Notes: a model not told the origin generated them from the letters alone. Shown: positions 26,662-40,219, numbered from the whole stretch's first letter. The stretch is DNA of 61,271 nucleotides, filler included, from Vannella sp. (GCA_023345925.1; 9 parts of 9 records of this genome joined end to end with filler, not necessarily neighbours in it), one strand, 5' to 3'. Translations and numbers: made by a program.

Positions 26662-28819
26662 ATGGTGGCTTGGTTGGTTCTCTGCCTTGCTTTAATGAGT
26701 GGATCAGTGTGCTTTCTGCCAGCAAATCAGAAGGCCTCGCTTGAGCAACTCTACTGGGCTACTGGAGGACCAATGTGGACGAAAGGATGGAACTTGACAT
26801 TGGACCCTTGCGCAGACCCTCCTTGGTACGGTGTCTCTTGTAACGATACGGGAAGAACTGTTATCGGTCTGAATCTTGGCGCTAACGGTTTGTCTGGAGC
26901 CCTTTCGGATCTGGACCTTCCCGACCTCGTCATCCTGTAAGGTGGATGCTCTTCTTTCTTCCTTAGATCTAATGCGTGGACGATAGTGATATGAGGTTTA
27001 ACGCACTGAATGGGACACTCCCCGCATGGGATACTCTCACGGAACTCTCCACCTTGTAAGCGGTAAATCACCCTTTGAAGGCTCTAATCATTTGCGAAGG
27101 TCTGTGTCCAACAATCTCCCGACCGGACCCATCCCTGATTGGCCTGAATTGACCAAGTTGGAGTACATGTAAGTGCTTTGAGGGAATCCCTTGGTCTGAA
27201 CAACATGCTAAGCTGTGACACTTCTAGACTATTGGAGAACAACAACTTGACTGGAACTGTTCCATACTGGAGCACTCTTAAGGCGCTATCGAAGGTCCGC
27301 CTCAATGTTAACCAATTGTGTGGCCCTTTACCAGATCCTTCGCCGAATAGCGCGGCAGTGGAGATCAACACTGGCGTTTTTGATTGCGTGACAATCCCAA
27401 CTGGCTATTTTGGTGGTTCCTGCAGTGATAGTGGAATATGCTTGAACTTCACTTTCAGTTCCACAAGAACTTCAAGCCGATCAGTCACTCCTTCTACAAG
27501 CGCAACGGCTTCTGAAACTCCCAGTCTGAGCGTCACTCCAACCTCCTCGGGAAGTCTGAGTGAAAGCTCATCCAGTTCTGAAAGTGGGTCTTCAAGTTTC
27601 AGCCCCTCCCTGTCGATGACTCCAAGCTCAACTGGAACAACAAGCGTTAGCCCGAGTGAGATTCCCTCAGTTAGCACCACCGGAACTGCTAGTTTGACCT
27701 CAACATGTACTGTCACCCCGGAAGCAAGTAACAGTAGAACAACCAGTGAATCCTCTACGAATACAATGTCTGAGACTATCAGTGGAAGCCCATCTAGCTC
27801 AGAGACACCAACAGCAAGCGATTCAGTCTCAGGTTCTGGATCGATCAGTCCAAAATCCCAGCTAACTGAGACTCCTTCTGGCACTGAGAGTGCATCGTCC
27901 ACTGCCACCGTGACTCCTTCTTGGAGTCCTAGCGAGACAGTCTCTTCAAGTCCAACAGTGACTGTCTTTGAATCGACCAGCGCCACTTCCCAACCCTCTG
28001 AAACTCCTTCTAGCAGTGAGAGCGGAACTTCTTCCGCCAGTAGCAGTATGACAGCTACCTCAACGGCTTCTTCAACTCCATCTGGATCGACCAGCGCCAC
28101 TTCCCAACCAACTGGGACTTCATCCAGCACTGCAACTACCAGCAAGACATCTTCCCGGAGTGTCAGCGAGACTGCAACACCTTCCACGTCGGTAACAAGG
28201 AGCGCTTCTTTTTCGGCAAGTCGGAGCCAAACGCTGACTTTAACGCAATCCGACAGCGCATCAGCCAGCCAGACTCTTTCCATGAGTGTCAGCAGGACGG
28301 CTACTACAACCAGATCTGAAAGCGCATCAACCAGCCAGACTGCTTCAATTAGTGTTAGCGAGACGGCAAGCTGTTCTCGAAGCGAATCGAACAGCCTCAC
28401 TCCTTCGATTAGTGTCAGCCAGGAGGTATCTGAGAGTGGTTCTGAAAGTAAATCTACCAGCCATACGAGTTCAGGCAGTCTCAGTAGTGAATCACTCACG
28501 AATTCAAGCAGTGGAACTGGAAGTGAAACCCAGTCCATTAGTGGGACTGCATTAGCTTCATCGTCAAGATATCCAAGCAACAGTTCATCGAACAGTGAAG
28601 GTGCTTCCGCAACTGGATCCGAGAGTTTCCTTCTCCCCTCGAGCAGTAACAGTTACACGAGGACCATCTTGAGAACCTTCACCGACTCTCCTTCTCGTAC
28701 GATCAGCATTTCTGCTTCAATTTTACTGATTGAGACATCCTTCTCCCCAAGCATCATCTCCAGGAGCGTTGGTGAGACTTCTAGCAGTTCCTCTTTTTCT
28801 CCATCCGGAAACGTTTCTG
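26662..28819 (+). CDS. Secreted/surface protein: signal peptide, LRRNT, plant-type LRRs, long Ser/Thr-rich stalk (3'-truncated)
   Basis: MVAWLVLCLALMSGSVC signal, LEQLYWATGG..W...DPC...WYGVSC cap, two 69-nt LRR exons, then >450 aa of S/T-rich low-complexity sequence. Confidence 0.85.
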
Positions 28820-28919
28820 NNNNNNNNNNNNNNNNNNNNNNNNNNNNNNNNNNNNNNNNNNNNTTAATTAATTAANNNNNNNNNNNNNNNNNNNNNNNNN
28901 NNNNNNNNNNNNNNNNNNN
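28820..28919. other. Artificial contig linker 3
   Basis: Same spacer. Confidence 0.99.
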
Positions 28920-28954
28920 GGCAAGCGGATATCATACCACTAGACCACGGATGC
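28920..28954 (-). tRNA. tRNA-Gly(GCC), 5' half, cut by contig edge
   Basis: Reverse complement reads GCATCCG TG GTCTAGTGGTATGAT A TCCGC TT GCC: acceptor 5' strand, A-box/D-arm, anticodon 5' stem, U33 and GCC. Confidence 0.8.
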
Positions 28955-29121
28955 GCGCCACATTGGCAACCAAATTTCCATTTTAGAGATTAAAATAAGA
29001 GTGGAAGAACTATGTAAAGGCATATCCTTTGTTGGGTGCACTTTTTTTGATCACAAATTTAGCGTTCGCATGGAATTCAGGGACCCTTGTGTGTCATTTT
29101 TGTGGGAAATCCGCCTTCTTG

Positions 29122-32100
29122 ATGTCTTCCGTCACCGGGTCTTTGGATGGAGCTGATTTTGACAAGAGATTTAAATCTCTTTGTTCTGAAAGCCTCACAT
29201 ACCGTGACAAGCTTGATGTCGTTCAATCCTTCCTCTCTCTGGGCGCTTCTGAGTATCCTTTCTTTCCTGGAGGAAGTTCTGTCACTTCCTTTGCAGCAAG
29301 GTTTGGCCTCTCTAGCTTTTACCGTCCAATACTCACATGATTAGTATGGTCGTTTGCCTCAGCAGCCCATCCAGCACTCTACGAACGGCAGCTCTCCGTT
29401 CCACGAGACACTTCGCGGGAAGCCGGGCGGCTCTCACAGCTTTGATTGCGAATAACGCTCACTATTTCATTGCTGCGTATGCCTTAGACTGGGAAGCGTG
29501 CAACCAAAGCTAACAAAGGGGTTGCAGGTCCATGGAACGGAGCAAGTTGCCCTGCAAAGAGCGGCTCCAAGCTTTCAAACTTGTGGGGCTCTTCCTCGAT
29601 CAAACGCCTGATGAGTTCCCACGCGCATTTGCGCAGGTACTCGTTGCAACAGCTCGTCAGAGAGATGATTCATTCTACGGCATCGCTCTGGAGCTTTTAG
29701 CTTTGCTTGGTGAGACGACCAAAGCTCCAAGACCTCCATTAATAGAGTGTAGCGGTTGCCAATCCTGCAGCAGTGCACCAAGTAAACGGAATCGAGCTGA
29801 TTTTAGGGGAGAGTGTCGATATGACCCCTCTGAGTCAGCCATTCCAAGCCTCTTTGTGTATTTCCTTTAGCTACTTGCTTGGGGATCAACAGACAAGGTT
29901 ATATGTGGATCCTGGGAGTATTTCTGCACTAATTGAGCCTTTCACGAATACCTACGGAGAGGTTACCAAAGCTCGATGGGCTGCCGCCTCGAGCTCTTTG
30001 CTGCTACTGCTGCGAAGTTGGGCCGGTCTCCTTTGCTTTACCAATGACGTGTTTGCACTCAAATCGCTGGTCCAAGCGATGCAATTGCCTTCTCTCGAGT
30101 TGCAGGTCAGTCCAAATGTTCTCCGACTGGAGCTTGTATTGATCATCAAACAAGAGCGTTGTAGTTTCTTTGTTCTTCCGCATCTTCCGATTAGCCATCC
30201 CCTCAGGGCAAAAGGATCCTTTCCGCAGTTCTCGTATCTTTGACGAATCTGAGGAAGATGTGATGAACAAGCAAGCTGACGCTTCTCAACGCAATCTGCT
30301 TGACAACTACTTGGCCATTCTCTTGGTGGCTTTTAAAGAAGCACAACTCATTCCTGTTTGTCCTGCCATCTCGTTTTGCTAGTCCAATGAGATGTACTCA
30401 CCATTTATTCAGAACTTGATCCTGCTCAACGAAAAGCTGAAGAAGATTGAGCACGGAGAAGACAACCGCGAAGCTCAGCAGCTCTTGTTGAGAAGTACTT
30501 GCCTGATTGGCGCTCTCCTGCATCTTTCGAACACACTGTTACCAACAGCGTTATGTGCGGAGCTTCAGGCAACTCCAACTCTAGTTTCTAGTGCAATCAG
30601 CTTCGGAAGCGACCCTGGAATGCGCTCTCACGCTGGGTCAATGGTATCCAACCTCGAACGTTACTCTATAGTAACCCGCACTGGAGATGGCTCTAACAAA
30701 CTTGCTTACTTCCAAGAAATCAAAAAGAAACTCGATTTGACCATGGATGAAGCTTTAATCCGCCAGCGCTTCACAGACACGGTCAGTTTTGCTCGTTTTA
30801 CTGATTGTTATCTGACTTTGAAAGTTAGCAAGTCTTCTTGAAGAAAGACTCCTTCGTTGGGTGGAATTGGGAAAGCATCCGAGAGTTGGTTGAAGGGCCT
30901 CTTTACCATCCTCAAGTGTTTGAGTCTGCGAATGCCCAGAAACTGATTGCAAGACTGCTTCAGTTCCTTCTCCCCACCTCGAATGCATTCGCCTCTGTTC
31001 CATTTACGGAGGAGAACAGGCGAAGATATGGCCAAACTGCTGAGCAACTGCTTCGAGTCCTCCTTACCTTTCCATTGGGACAGCAGACTCTCTTGCAGCA
31101 CAAACTAATGCCTCAAATTCATAGTTTACTGCTCAAAGAGATGAAGGGAGGATCTGCTTCCAGCGACAGTGCGTTAAGCCGAGAGCGCCTGCTCCGTACT
31201 ATGTCAGTGGAGTATCTTTCTCTGATTGGTACAATGAGCGGGATTCCTGCAGGCCGCCAGATTCTTGCCAAAACAGACATCTTCTCTGTCCTCCTGCCAA
31301 TATCAGTGCTTGAAGGAAGAGATGACTTATGTAAGATCGTCATTCAGAAGCTTGAGTACAAGTAAGTTTACTTGCCTCTGGTAAGGATCTCTGCTAATCT
31401 ACCTTTAGGCTTGACTGCCCCAGCCGCACTCTTTTGGCGAATTGTTTGAAGGCCAAGTCAATGGTTGTGCGCTTCTTGGCCATGCGGCAGATGAGCGCTC
31501 TTTTCCGGCAAGGCTTGGAAGGGTTTGCCGAATGGTGTATTCCCTTGCTGGTTCAACAGCTGGACAATCAAGTTGCAAAGGTTGCTACAACTGCTTTGAA
31601 CATCCTCAAGGAATGTGCGGAGGATCGCGAGTGCTTAGAAGCCATCATTGCTACCAAATGCTATCCAACAGTGAATAAGATCGAGGGAGGGGGGCTACTT
31701 CTACTAGAGATCCTGTCTCACCCTTCTGGGTTCCGTTATGTAAGTCAATTCTGGTGATTTGGCTCAAAGCTCACCTGTACCAGCTTGCAACGACCCCGTT
31801 TATTGAAGAACAAACCAAGTTGTGGCGTGAAGGGAGAGAGTACATATCGTTCGTTCATCGCATTGATCGTGCTTTAGAATCTGCTTTCTCTTCTCCTGTC
31901 TGGAAGCTTAAAGAAGGGCAGCCGTAAGGACTCAAAAGGAGCTGATTAGAAGACTGACTTGAAGTTATTAGGGACACCCAAGTTGTCGTTCCCGCACACT
32001 TCTATGGGCAATTGTCAGAGACTGCGGAGGGAATCAAGCTCCTTTCTAGTGAAGGCGTATTCAAGTGGTTGGTAACTCATTTAACCTCGAGTGCTATCAA

Positions 32101-32916
32101 TATCACGGAGAAGAGAGCCGCTTTGTGGGCTCTGGGATGCATTGGAAGCACATCTTTGGGCTTTAAAACCTTGATAATGGAGCAAAAGATCCTTCACATG
32201 ATCATTCACTTGGCTGAGACGTGTCCTTGTCTTTCTGTGAGAGGGTATGGCATTCTCACCTTTTCCTTTGTTAGAATTCTCTCTGACACAAAACAGGACC
32301 AGCTTTTACGTCCTGGGTCTGATTGCTCAGGCGCCTTCTGCTGCAAAGTCACTCGAAAGGTTTGGTTGGTCTGCTTTGAATGGACCTGGAATAGCTCTGC
32401 CACTCTTACAAGGAGCCTCGCCATTCTTCCGCATCAAGCATTGGCCCCTCGCAGCCTCTTGGTGCACCACAGGACCCAGAATTCCCCCTTTCGAAGGAGA
32501 TGAAGTTAGCCAGACCCTCCTCCAGCAGATCGTCATCTTATCCAACTCAATCAAGTCAGATGCAGCTCTGAAAGTTATCAAAGCGTGAGTTCTCTCATTT
32601 TCTTCTCCCAACGTGTCAAATTGACATTCTCAGATTGCGAGAGTCGAATCCGACAGTATTTGAAGACCATTCTGTGCATGTCCAAGCCATGAGACTGCTC
32701 GAGCAGCTCAATTTCAAGCTTGCTGCTCGTCGGTTTGTTCATCAAATCTTCTCTGCCATCCACTGGACAACTTCTCCTCTTCAGCAACTCCCAGAAGGCA
32801 GTGCTGCGCACGCTCCCCCACTTCCTGAAGTGAATAACCCGCTGATTGCCATTGACATTAACACTCGCGACCTCCGAACTGAAATGAGACGCGCCACTTC
32901 CCGCATGAAGATGTAA
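29122..32916 (+). CDS. RICTOR: RICTOR/Pianissimo (TORC2 subunit), about 12 exons
   Basis: ERLQAFKLV, LLRSWAGLL, WNWESIRELVEGPL, VPAHFYGQL, KRAALWALGCIGST, CPCLSVRG|TSFYVLGLIA, FKLAARRFV. All introns GT-AG. Confidence 0.92.
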
Positions 32917-33623
32917 GGGCAAACCAGCTCCGCCTAAATGGCTCCATTCGGACTCTAAATTCTCAGATCCCACTTTTGTTGGGCCGGGGGAAGGACTCTT
33001 CTCTCTTTTGATGGTCATTCGGTTACAGGCTCTTTCTATTGAGCATCCCAGGAGGGTAAAGGACAATGGGGAAGCAGGGATATCGTGGCAAGTCAAAGTT
33101 GTGGAGCGGCGCGAGGAGAACTTGCCACAGAGACAAGGTGATGGACATCAGGATCGCTGGAGAGCATCCTCTCTAGTACAGGGAAGAGAAGTTATCACTT
33201 TCTTTGGTCGGGGGAGTGTGAGACGAGCACATCAGGCATCTACAACATCAAAAGTCGATCATCAGGGCCTGGAGAGCTTGTAAGCCAGATAGATCAACCT
33301 TGTTATGAACCCATATTCGAGGTCTCCATTTTCATGCATGAAGTGGCTCGTACTGCGGATGGCGAGGCAGAGAGAGGAGAAAGTGAAGATTCTGACCTCC
33401 TTGTTGTTCACTTTGATCTTGGCACCGTCACAAAGATGCGAAGAAGCTCTCATTCTTCTCATTCTTTTCTTGTGTCTTCCATGCCCGTTCTCGCTCTCTC
33501 ACTCCTTGAAGAGGCCGCTGGTCGAGGCTCAGTAATGTACGGTTCTGTTCCGCTTGCTCGTCTTTCAACGCTTTCGATGTACTTCTGGTCTGAGATCTGA
33601 CTTGGCTGGGCCTTTGATGACAG

Positions 33624-33796
33624 AGACTTGCAGGAGAACCTGAACGGGCCCATCCCAGAAGGAATCAGCAAGCTGGTCAACCTGAATGTGTTGTAAGGAG
33701 CAATACCATCCACTTTGTGACTTCCATCCTCTCCGAAAGGCGGTCTGACTTGGCTGGGCCTTTGTCCACAGAAGATTGTCGGAGAACCAGCTGAGC
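33624..33796 (+). CDS. Fragment of an LRR gene with single-repeat exons (possibly pseudogene), truncated
   Basis: Exon 33624-33692 = DLQENLNGPIPEGISKLVNLNVL, intron 33693-33771, next exon RLSENQLS. Upstream 33100-33540 holds only degenerate LRR-like pieces with stops. Confidence 0.7.
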
Positions 33797-33896
33797 NNNN
33801 NNNNNNNNNNNNNNNNNNNNNNNNNNNNNNNNNNNNNNNNTTAATTAATTAANNNNNNNNNNNNNNNNNNNNNNNNNNNNNNNNNNNNNNNNNNNN
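33797..33896. other. Artificial contig linker 4
   Basis: Same spacer. Confidence 0.99.
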
Positions 33897-34428
33897 GTGG
33901 AATTGGCTCATCAACTTCACGCAAAGTACATGGAATAATACACCTTATTTTTTGCTCTACTGCAGAGGCAGCATCACCTTCTCACTCGTGAGTTTTCTCT
34001 CGTTTCGATTGCGAGAGCATTAGCAGAGCACACGGGTTTTAGGCATAGCCCAGTGCAACTGTGCTTCTTATGGGAGACGGAGACTCTGAGAGAGATAGCT
34101 CGCTTGTAAACTCAGCCAATAATCCGATGCTTAATCCTGATAATCAAAATCGCCACTTCATCATTTGATGGGGATACTGATGGGCATAACTGAGAATCAG
34201 TTTGTAATCGATTACAATCAAATCAAAATCCTACTCTCGCTACGGCTTAGGACACGTCACGTGATGATGTAATCCGGTTATCAGCGACCAAAACACATGA
34301 AACAAAGGGGATGATAATCTAATATAACTCTTTGCTGATATCTTTTGAGAAAATCAACGCTTTATTGTTTTGGTCTTCCAAAATGGCTCTTAAGGAGAAA
34401 TATCTAGATTTTTCCATTTCTTGTCGGA

Positions 34429-35603
<1,175 letters not shown>

Positions 35604-35683
35604 AATTAGACAAAGTGCCTTCATGTTGGTAATAGAAAGAAACATGTATAAACACTTAATGGACAAACAAGAATGAACAAGAT

Positions 35684-37452
35684 CTACACTGCTCGCCTGC
35701 AGGCTTCCATCATCACCTCAACAACAAGAGAACGATCCAGCTCGCGAAAGCCTTCTGTCAGCATGACACTCTGATGATTCTTGAGTAAGAACTCTAAAGA
35801 AGCAGAGCGAAGCTGTTTTGCATCGAATCGATCCGCCAAGGAGAGAAGTTGAGCGCACGTTTGGACTTCAATGTTGTCGTGGAGTACACTTTCACACCTG
35901 CACTTCATCCAATCCTTTAAACCGCGTCAGATTGGCCACCATTACCGTAAGAGCGAATCCTACCATCTTATAGAAGTCTGCCACTTCCAACAGCTCCACC
36001 GCATTCGAAGTATCGACCAAGCAGGACCCGCGGTAGATGACATGAAGAAGAGAGATGATTTGTGAATATGAGAATTCCTCGATTACTAGCTCAGATGCAG
36101 AGCTTTCGCGCATTCCACAATCAAACATGACTGAAAAGTGCTCACAAGAACTCAAGACAAACCTATGGACCGGAATCACTCGTCCTTCCACAACCAACAC
36201 GAAGTCTGAGTCTTCTTCACATCCGAGCAGCTTGGAGATTCTCTCTTCCACGGGAGCCGGGTCTGGAACTCTGATGCTCTGCTTTCTCCCTACTCACTGT
36301 TAGTCTCTCCTTCGAGTTCCAAAGCACTCACTACTTTCCGCCTTATGTGAAGCCTCTCGAACTTCAGCATCAGATGGTACAATCAAGTCTCCATAGCAGA
36401 CGTTTGCCAGATTTCTGCGTGCAGAGATCTTCCCGTCAAGTCCCTTCTGAACAGAGAGCAGCTGGTCTCCATAAGGAGTCTACAAAGGATTAAGTTTCCT
36501 TTGACAAAGGGGGCATCATAACGTACCGCAATTCGTCCACCAGGGGCCAGTAAGTCAAAGAGAAACTCGAGCCGAAATTCCGGACAGCAAGCTCCAACAT
36601 GAATGCAGTCCCATTTGCGCTGTTCAGGATCGGCAACAAAGCAATTCCGTACCTCAAACAGTAACTGTGGCAACATCCCTTCCTCTATATTCCTGCCTTT
36701 CCACTTCCTGACACTCTCTTGCGACAAGGCGACCACGTCCTCTCGAACATCCAACCCCAGAACCAGCCCAGTCTCTCCTACAATAAGGGCAGCAATCTGT
36801 TCTAACTGTTAGTCATGCGCACACTTTCTCTCTCTCCACCTACCAAAGTGAACATTCCACTTCCGGAACCAATGTCGAGCACCCTTTCACCAGGGAGGGG
36901 CTGGAGGGCCTCCAAGCACATTGCATACATATGGGGAGCACTAATGTTGAATCCCATCGTAGAGAACCGCAACGGCTGGTCCAGATAAGCGTCATTGGCC
37001 ATGCTTGGCAACACAAACTCGGCTCTTGGTACCTTCTGGAAAGCCTCCACCAGCCTGGGAGTACAAAGGCCTCTGTTCTACAAGTAAGTGGATGGTTTAG
37101 AAGCCTGAAAAGGACGTAACGAACCGGCTACTTTGCAAGGTGTCCATGAGTGTGTTGTGAGTGCTTCTGCGCGTAGCTTGCTGCCAAATGAAGCGGGCAA
37201 GTCGGAGGTCTTCCTGTTATCACCATTAATCACTCCGTGAAGAGGAGAGTGCGCTCTTCCCCTCTCCCATGCGCACACAAACTTGGGAGAGCTTCAACGT
37301 ACGTCTAACCAGGTCGGGATGTCTTCTTCCTCATCCATTTGCTCTTCCTCATCATCCATTTGCTCTTCCTCCTCGTTCTCTTCGAGCATTTCGTCTTCCA
37401 GCCTCTCCGGATGATCCTCCAAAGGGACCGCTCTGCGGTCAACTGGCTCCAT
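35684..37452 (-). CDS. Protein-L-isoaspartate O-methyltransferase (PIMT/PCMT) domain fused to BTB/POZ + BACK-like domain
   Basis: NISAPHMY, VLDIGSGSG, WDCIHVGA and LLAPGGRIA|TP motifs. In-frame splice via intron 36290-36331 into SDFVLVVEGRVIPVHRFVL...MFDCGMRES and LLSLADRFDAKQLRSASLEFL. Confidence 0.85.
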
Positions 37453-37524
37453 CGCAAATGAATAAAATAATAGAAAGTAAGGGATGGTGGGAAATCGAAG
37501 GCTTGGGAGGCATTATTTGTTGGG

Positions 37525-40124
37525 ATGGGGAGCAAGCCGGTCTTGGCCTTCTCTTTGCACCTTTGTGCGGTGTTCCCACCGTTAGATAATGCGCACGTGC
37601 AGCCTACGATGCTTCAGCAAGCTCCTGTTACTTCTGCAGGGGAGGAGCCCCCGGCACTGCCGGGAAAGGTGGAAGACTTTGTCTTTCCGGATGCTGAGAC
37701 TTCTCTTCTTCATGCTCGGTCGATGAGGTGAGTCTCTCTGAAGGAGAGAGAAGTCCTACTGACATGGAGATAGCAAGAAGCACGTATTTGCCCTCACGGA
37801 CTCGCGAGGGAAGCGGCAGTACGGTCACTGTCATCGGTGGGTGGGTCCTCCATTACTCTCAGCAAGTACTGGGTCCCAGGAAGGTACCATGCAACCTACT
37901 GTCTCTCTTTATGCTCTGTGCGCTCTCTCCTACTGTAACGAACAATGGAACGACGTGTTTGAACGTATCATGGTCCTGTTAGAAGGCGTGCTGTTTCCCC
38001 CTCCCTCTGCAGCTCCCCGAAAACTTGCAGATCGCTTCTCGTGGGCTCTCCAGATCATCCAGAAGGTCTCAAACGAGTTTGATAAGCAGTGGGCCTCGCG
38101 AGCGCGGTCCTCCTCTTTCAGTGGTCTCCTGGACGAGCTCCCAGGTAGCAGTATCCAACCTGGGATTCCCAGAGCATCTCAGCCCATGCAGATTGACATC
38201 GAAGGCCTATCTCTGCCTGGAGCGCCAACCCACGACCTCCATCTTGTCACTCCGCCCTTGTTCACAGAGCAGGACCTCGTCTTTGTCCCTGTGAGTGTCA
38301 CATGACCAGCCACATCTTCAAAGACATCTAACCAAGGAACGGTGTGGGTTAGAACCGATTCACGAGCTTGGTCCAGTCAATGAACTCGTCCACGCGGCTA
38401 ATCATGATCTTCATGGCTCTCCTCTTCGAGAGACGTATCATCTTCCTCTCCAGTGACCTGCAGAAGCTTACAGAATGCCTCTTTGCAGCTGTCAGTATGA
38501 TCCAGCCGTTCTCGTGGCAGGTAAGCGACTTGAACTCGCCTACCTGGCCATCACTGATGCTCAGAGACAGTACATCTTCATCCCAGTTGTTCCACCTTCC
38601 CTTCTCAACTACTGTACCGCGCCAATGCCCTTCGTAGTGGGTATCCACGCCTCGCACTTAAACGAAGTGAAGCGAATGCCAGTGGACGAGATCATGTACG
38701 TCGACCTGGACAACGGCGTGCTCAGAACAACAAGCACACTATGTCAAGACATCCAAGTGATACCTCCCAGATGGCACGAGCAACTCCAAACAGAGTTAGA
38801 CGATGCCCTTTTGCCCTTTCACAGGTTCAACTCGGCACCAAACAGTGAGGCCATGGCCTCTGCCTTCCGGAGCTTCTTCTATCAGACACTTTATGGCTAC
38901 TCTTCTCACTTCCAGGTCCAAGCGGATGGCGCCATCAAGTTCAATGAGGAAGACTTCCTCGCAGCTCAGACACGCGAAGCTCGTCCCCTTTGCCAGCAAT
39001 TCGTCTCCTCTCAGCTCTTCCATACGTACGCTCATAGCGTAGCACAGAGGATGAGCAGTGGAGCAGCGCAACACCAGTTCGAGTATGACTTATACCAATA
39101 TGCACTGGCCCACCCTCGTGGGCTTGTAGAGCAACTCTCCACTGGATTCGCCTCCGTTCTCTCAAAGTACATGGTCAAGAAAGACTTGTACACTCGCAAG
39201 GTGGACGGCCCAGTATTACAAACTCCCTCAGCGGCACAGAATTCTCAACCGACCATTGCTGACACAGGAAGGCAGGCCGCTGCCTTTGTGAGCGCCATGG
39301 GGAGTGGTTTGACAAAGAAACTACAAGCAGTACCGAGCATGGTTGCTTCTGTGTCTCAAGCTCCGCCTCCGCTCCATCCTCTGAATGAGACGTGGAATAA
39401 GTCTCCTGAAACGGTTCAGTTTGGCGTCCTCCACCAACTGTTCTCTCCTTCTTGTGATCGTCAGCAGCACGGAATCCTTTACCACCAAGCTCAGGTCCTT
39501 CCTTTGATCAACTTCTCCTCTTTAGACGAATACGTCCCTTTAGTGGAGCCTCTTCCCGGCACAGTTTTAGCGGGAGTGCCTTCTCCTGTGCGCACCCCCA
39601 CGCGTTCCAACTCTCTCCTCGATAGTCCTAATCCTATGACTGGGTCCAGCTCCCTTCCACAAGCTCTTGAACTGGCTAGTGGGCCCAGACCTCAGAGTGC
39701 GCCCTCCCCGTACAGCTCCAGCTCCCTGGACAGCCTTCGGTATCTCAGCAGCCCTCTAGAACCAACCAAACAGACTCCATCTGCTTTAGTATTCCCTTCT
39801 GCTCCAACGGGACTGCCTCAGGTAAAGAACTGGGACTTGAGCGAGTTGAAACCTTCTTCAACGCCGTACTCAGGCCCAATGGCCACTCCTTTACATCCAG
39901 GCACTCCTGCATTCATTGGACACACCGGACCGTCTCCACCTTCTCCTCTCATCTCCCGAACCCCACAACAACAACTCCCCCGCTCCTCCGCCGCCTTCGA
40001 CCCCTTCTCCACTCCATTGTCCGCCTTCCAACTGCCTTCCGTTCCCAGTGTAGCTCACTCTCCTGGTCCCTCTCCCGCGCTTCCACCACGAACCCACCTA
40101 GGAGAAGGACATTTGCTCTCATAA
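37525..40124 (+). CDS. DENN-domain Rab GEF with Pro/Ser-rich tail
   Basis: FVFPD, FALTDSRGKRQYGHC, ALLFERRIIFLS, QPFSWQ|YIFIPVVPPSLLNYCTAPMPFVVG, FVSSQLF. Confidence 0.9.
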
Positions 40125-40219
40125 AGGAGCCAAAGGAAGAGATCTGACTAAGAGAGCTCATTTATTAAATAAAGTAAAATAACATGATTAACACTAAAAC
40201 GGGTACAACAATGGTTTGG

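Noticed and set aside
27405..28580. 391-aa Val/Leu/Asp-rich minus-strand ORF
   Set aside because: Antisense shadow of the Ser/Thr-rich stalk.
34261..34339. Box C/D snoRNA candidate (GTGATGA...CTGA); nearby 16-bp palindrome TTGTAATCGATTACAA at 34202-34217
   Set aside because: No terminal stem and no rRNA/snRNA guide that I can identify. The AT-rich palindrome may be chance or a simple promoter site.
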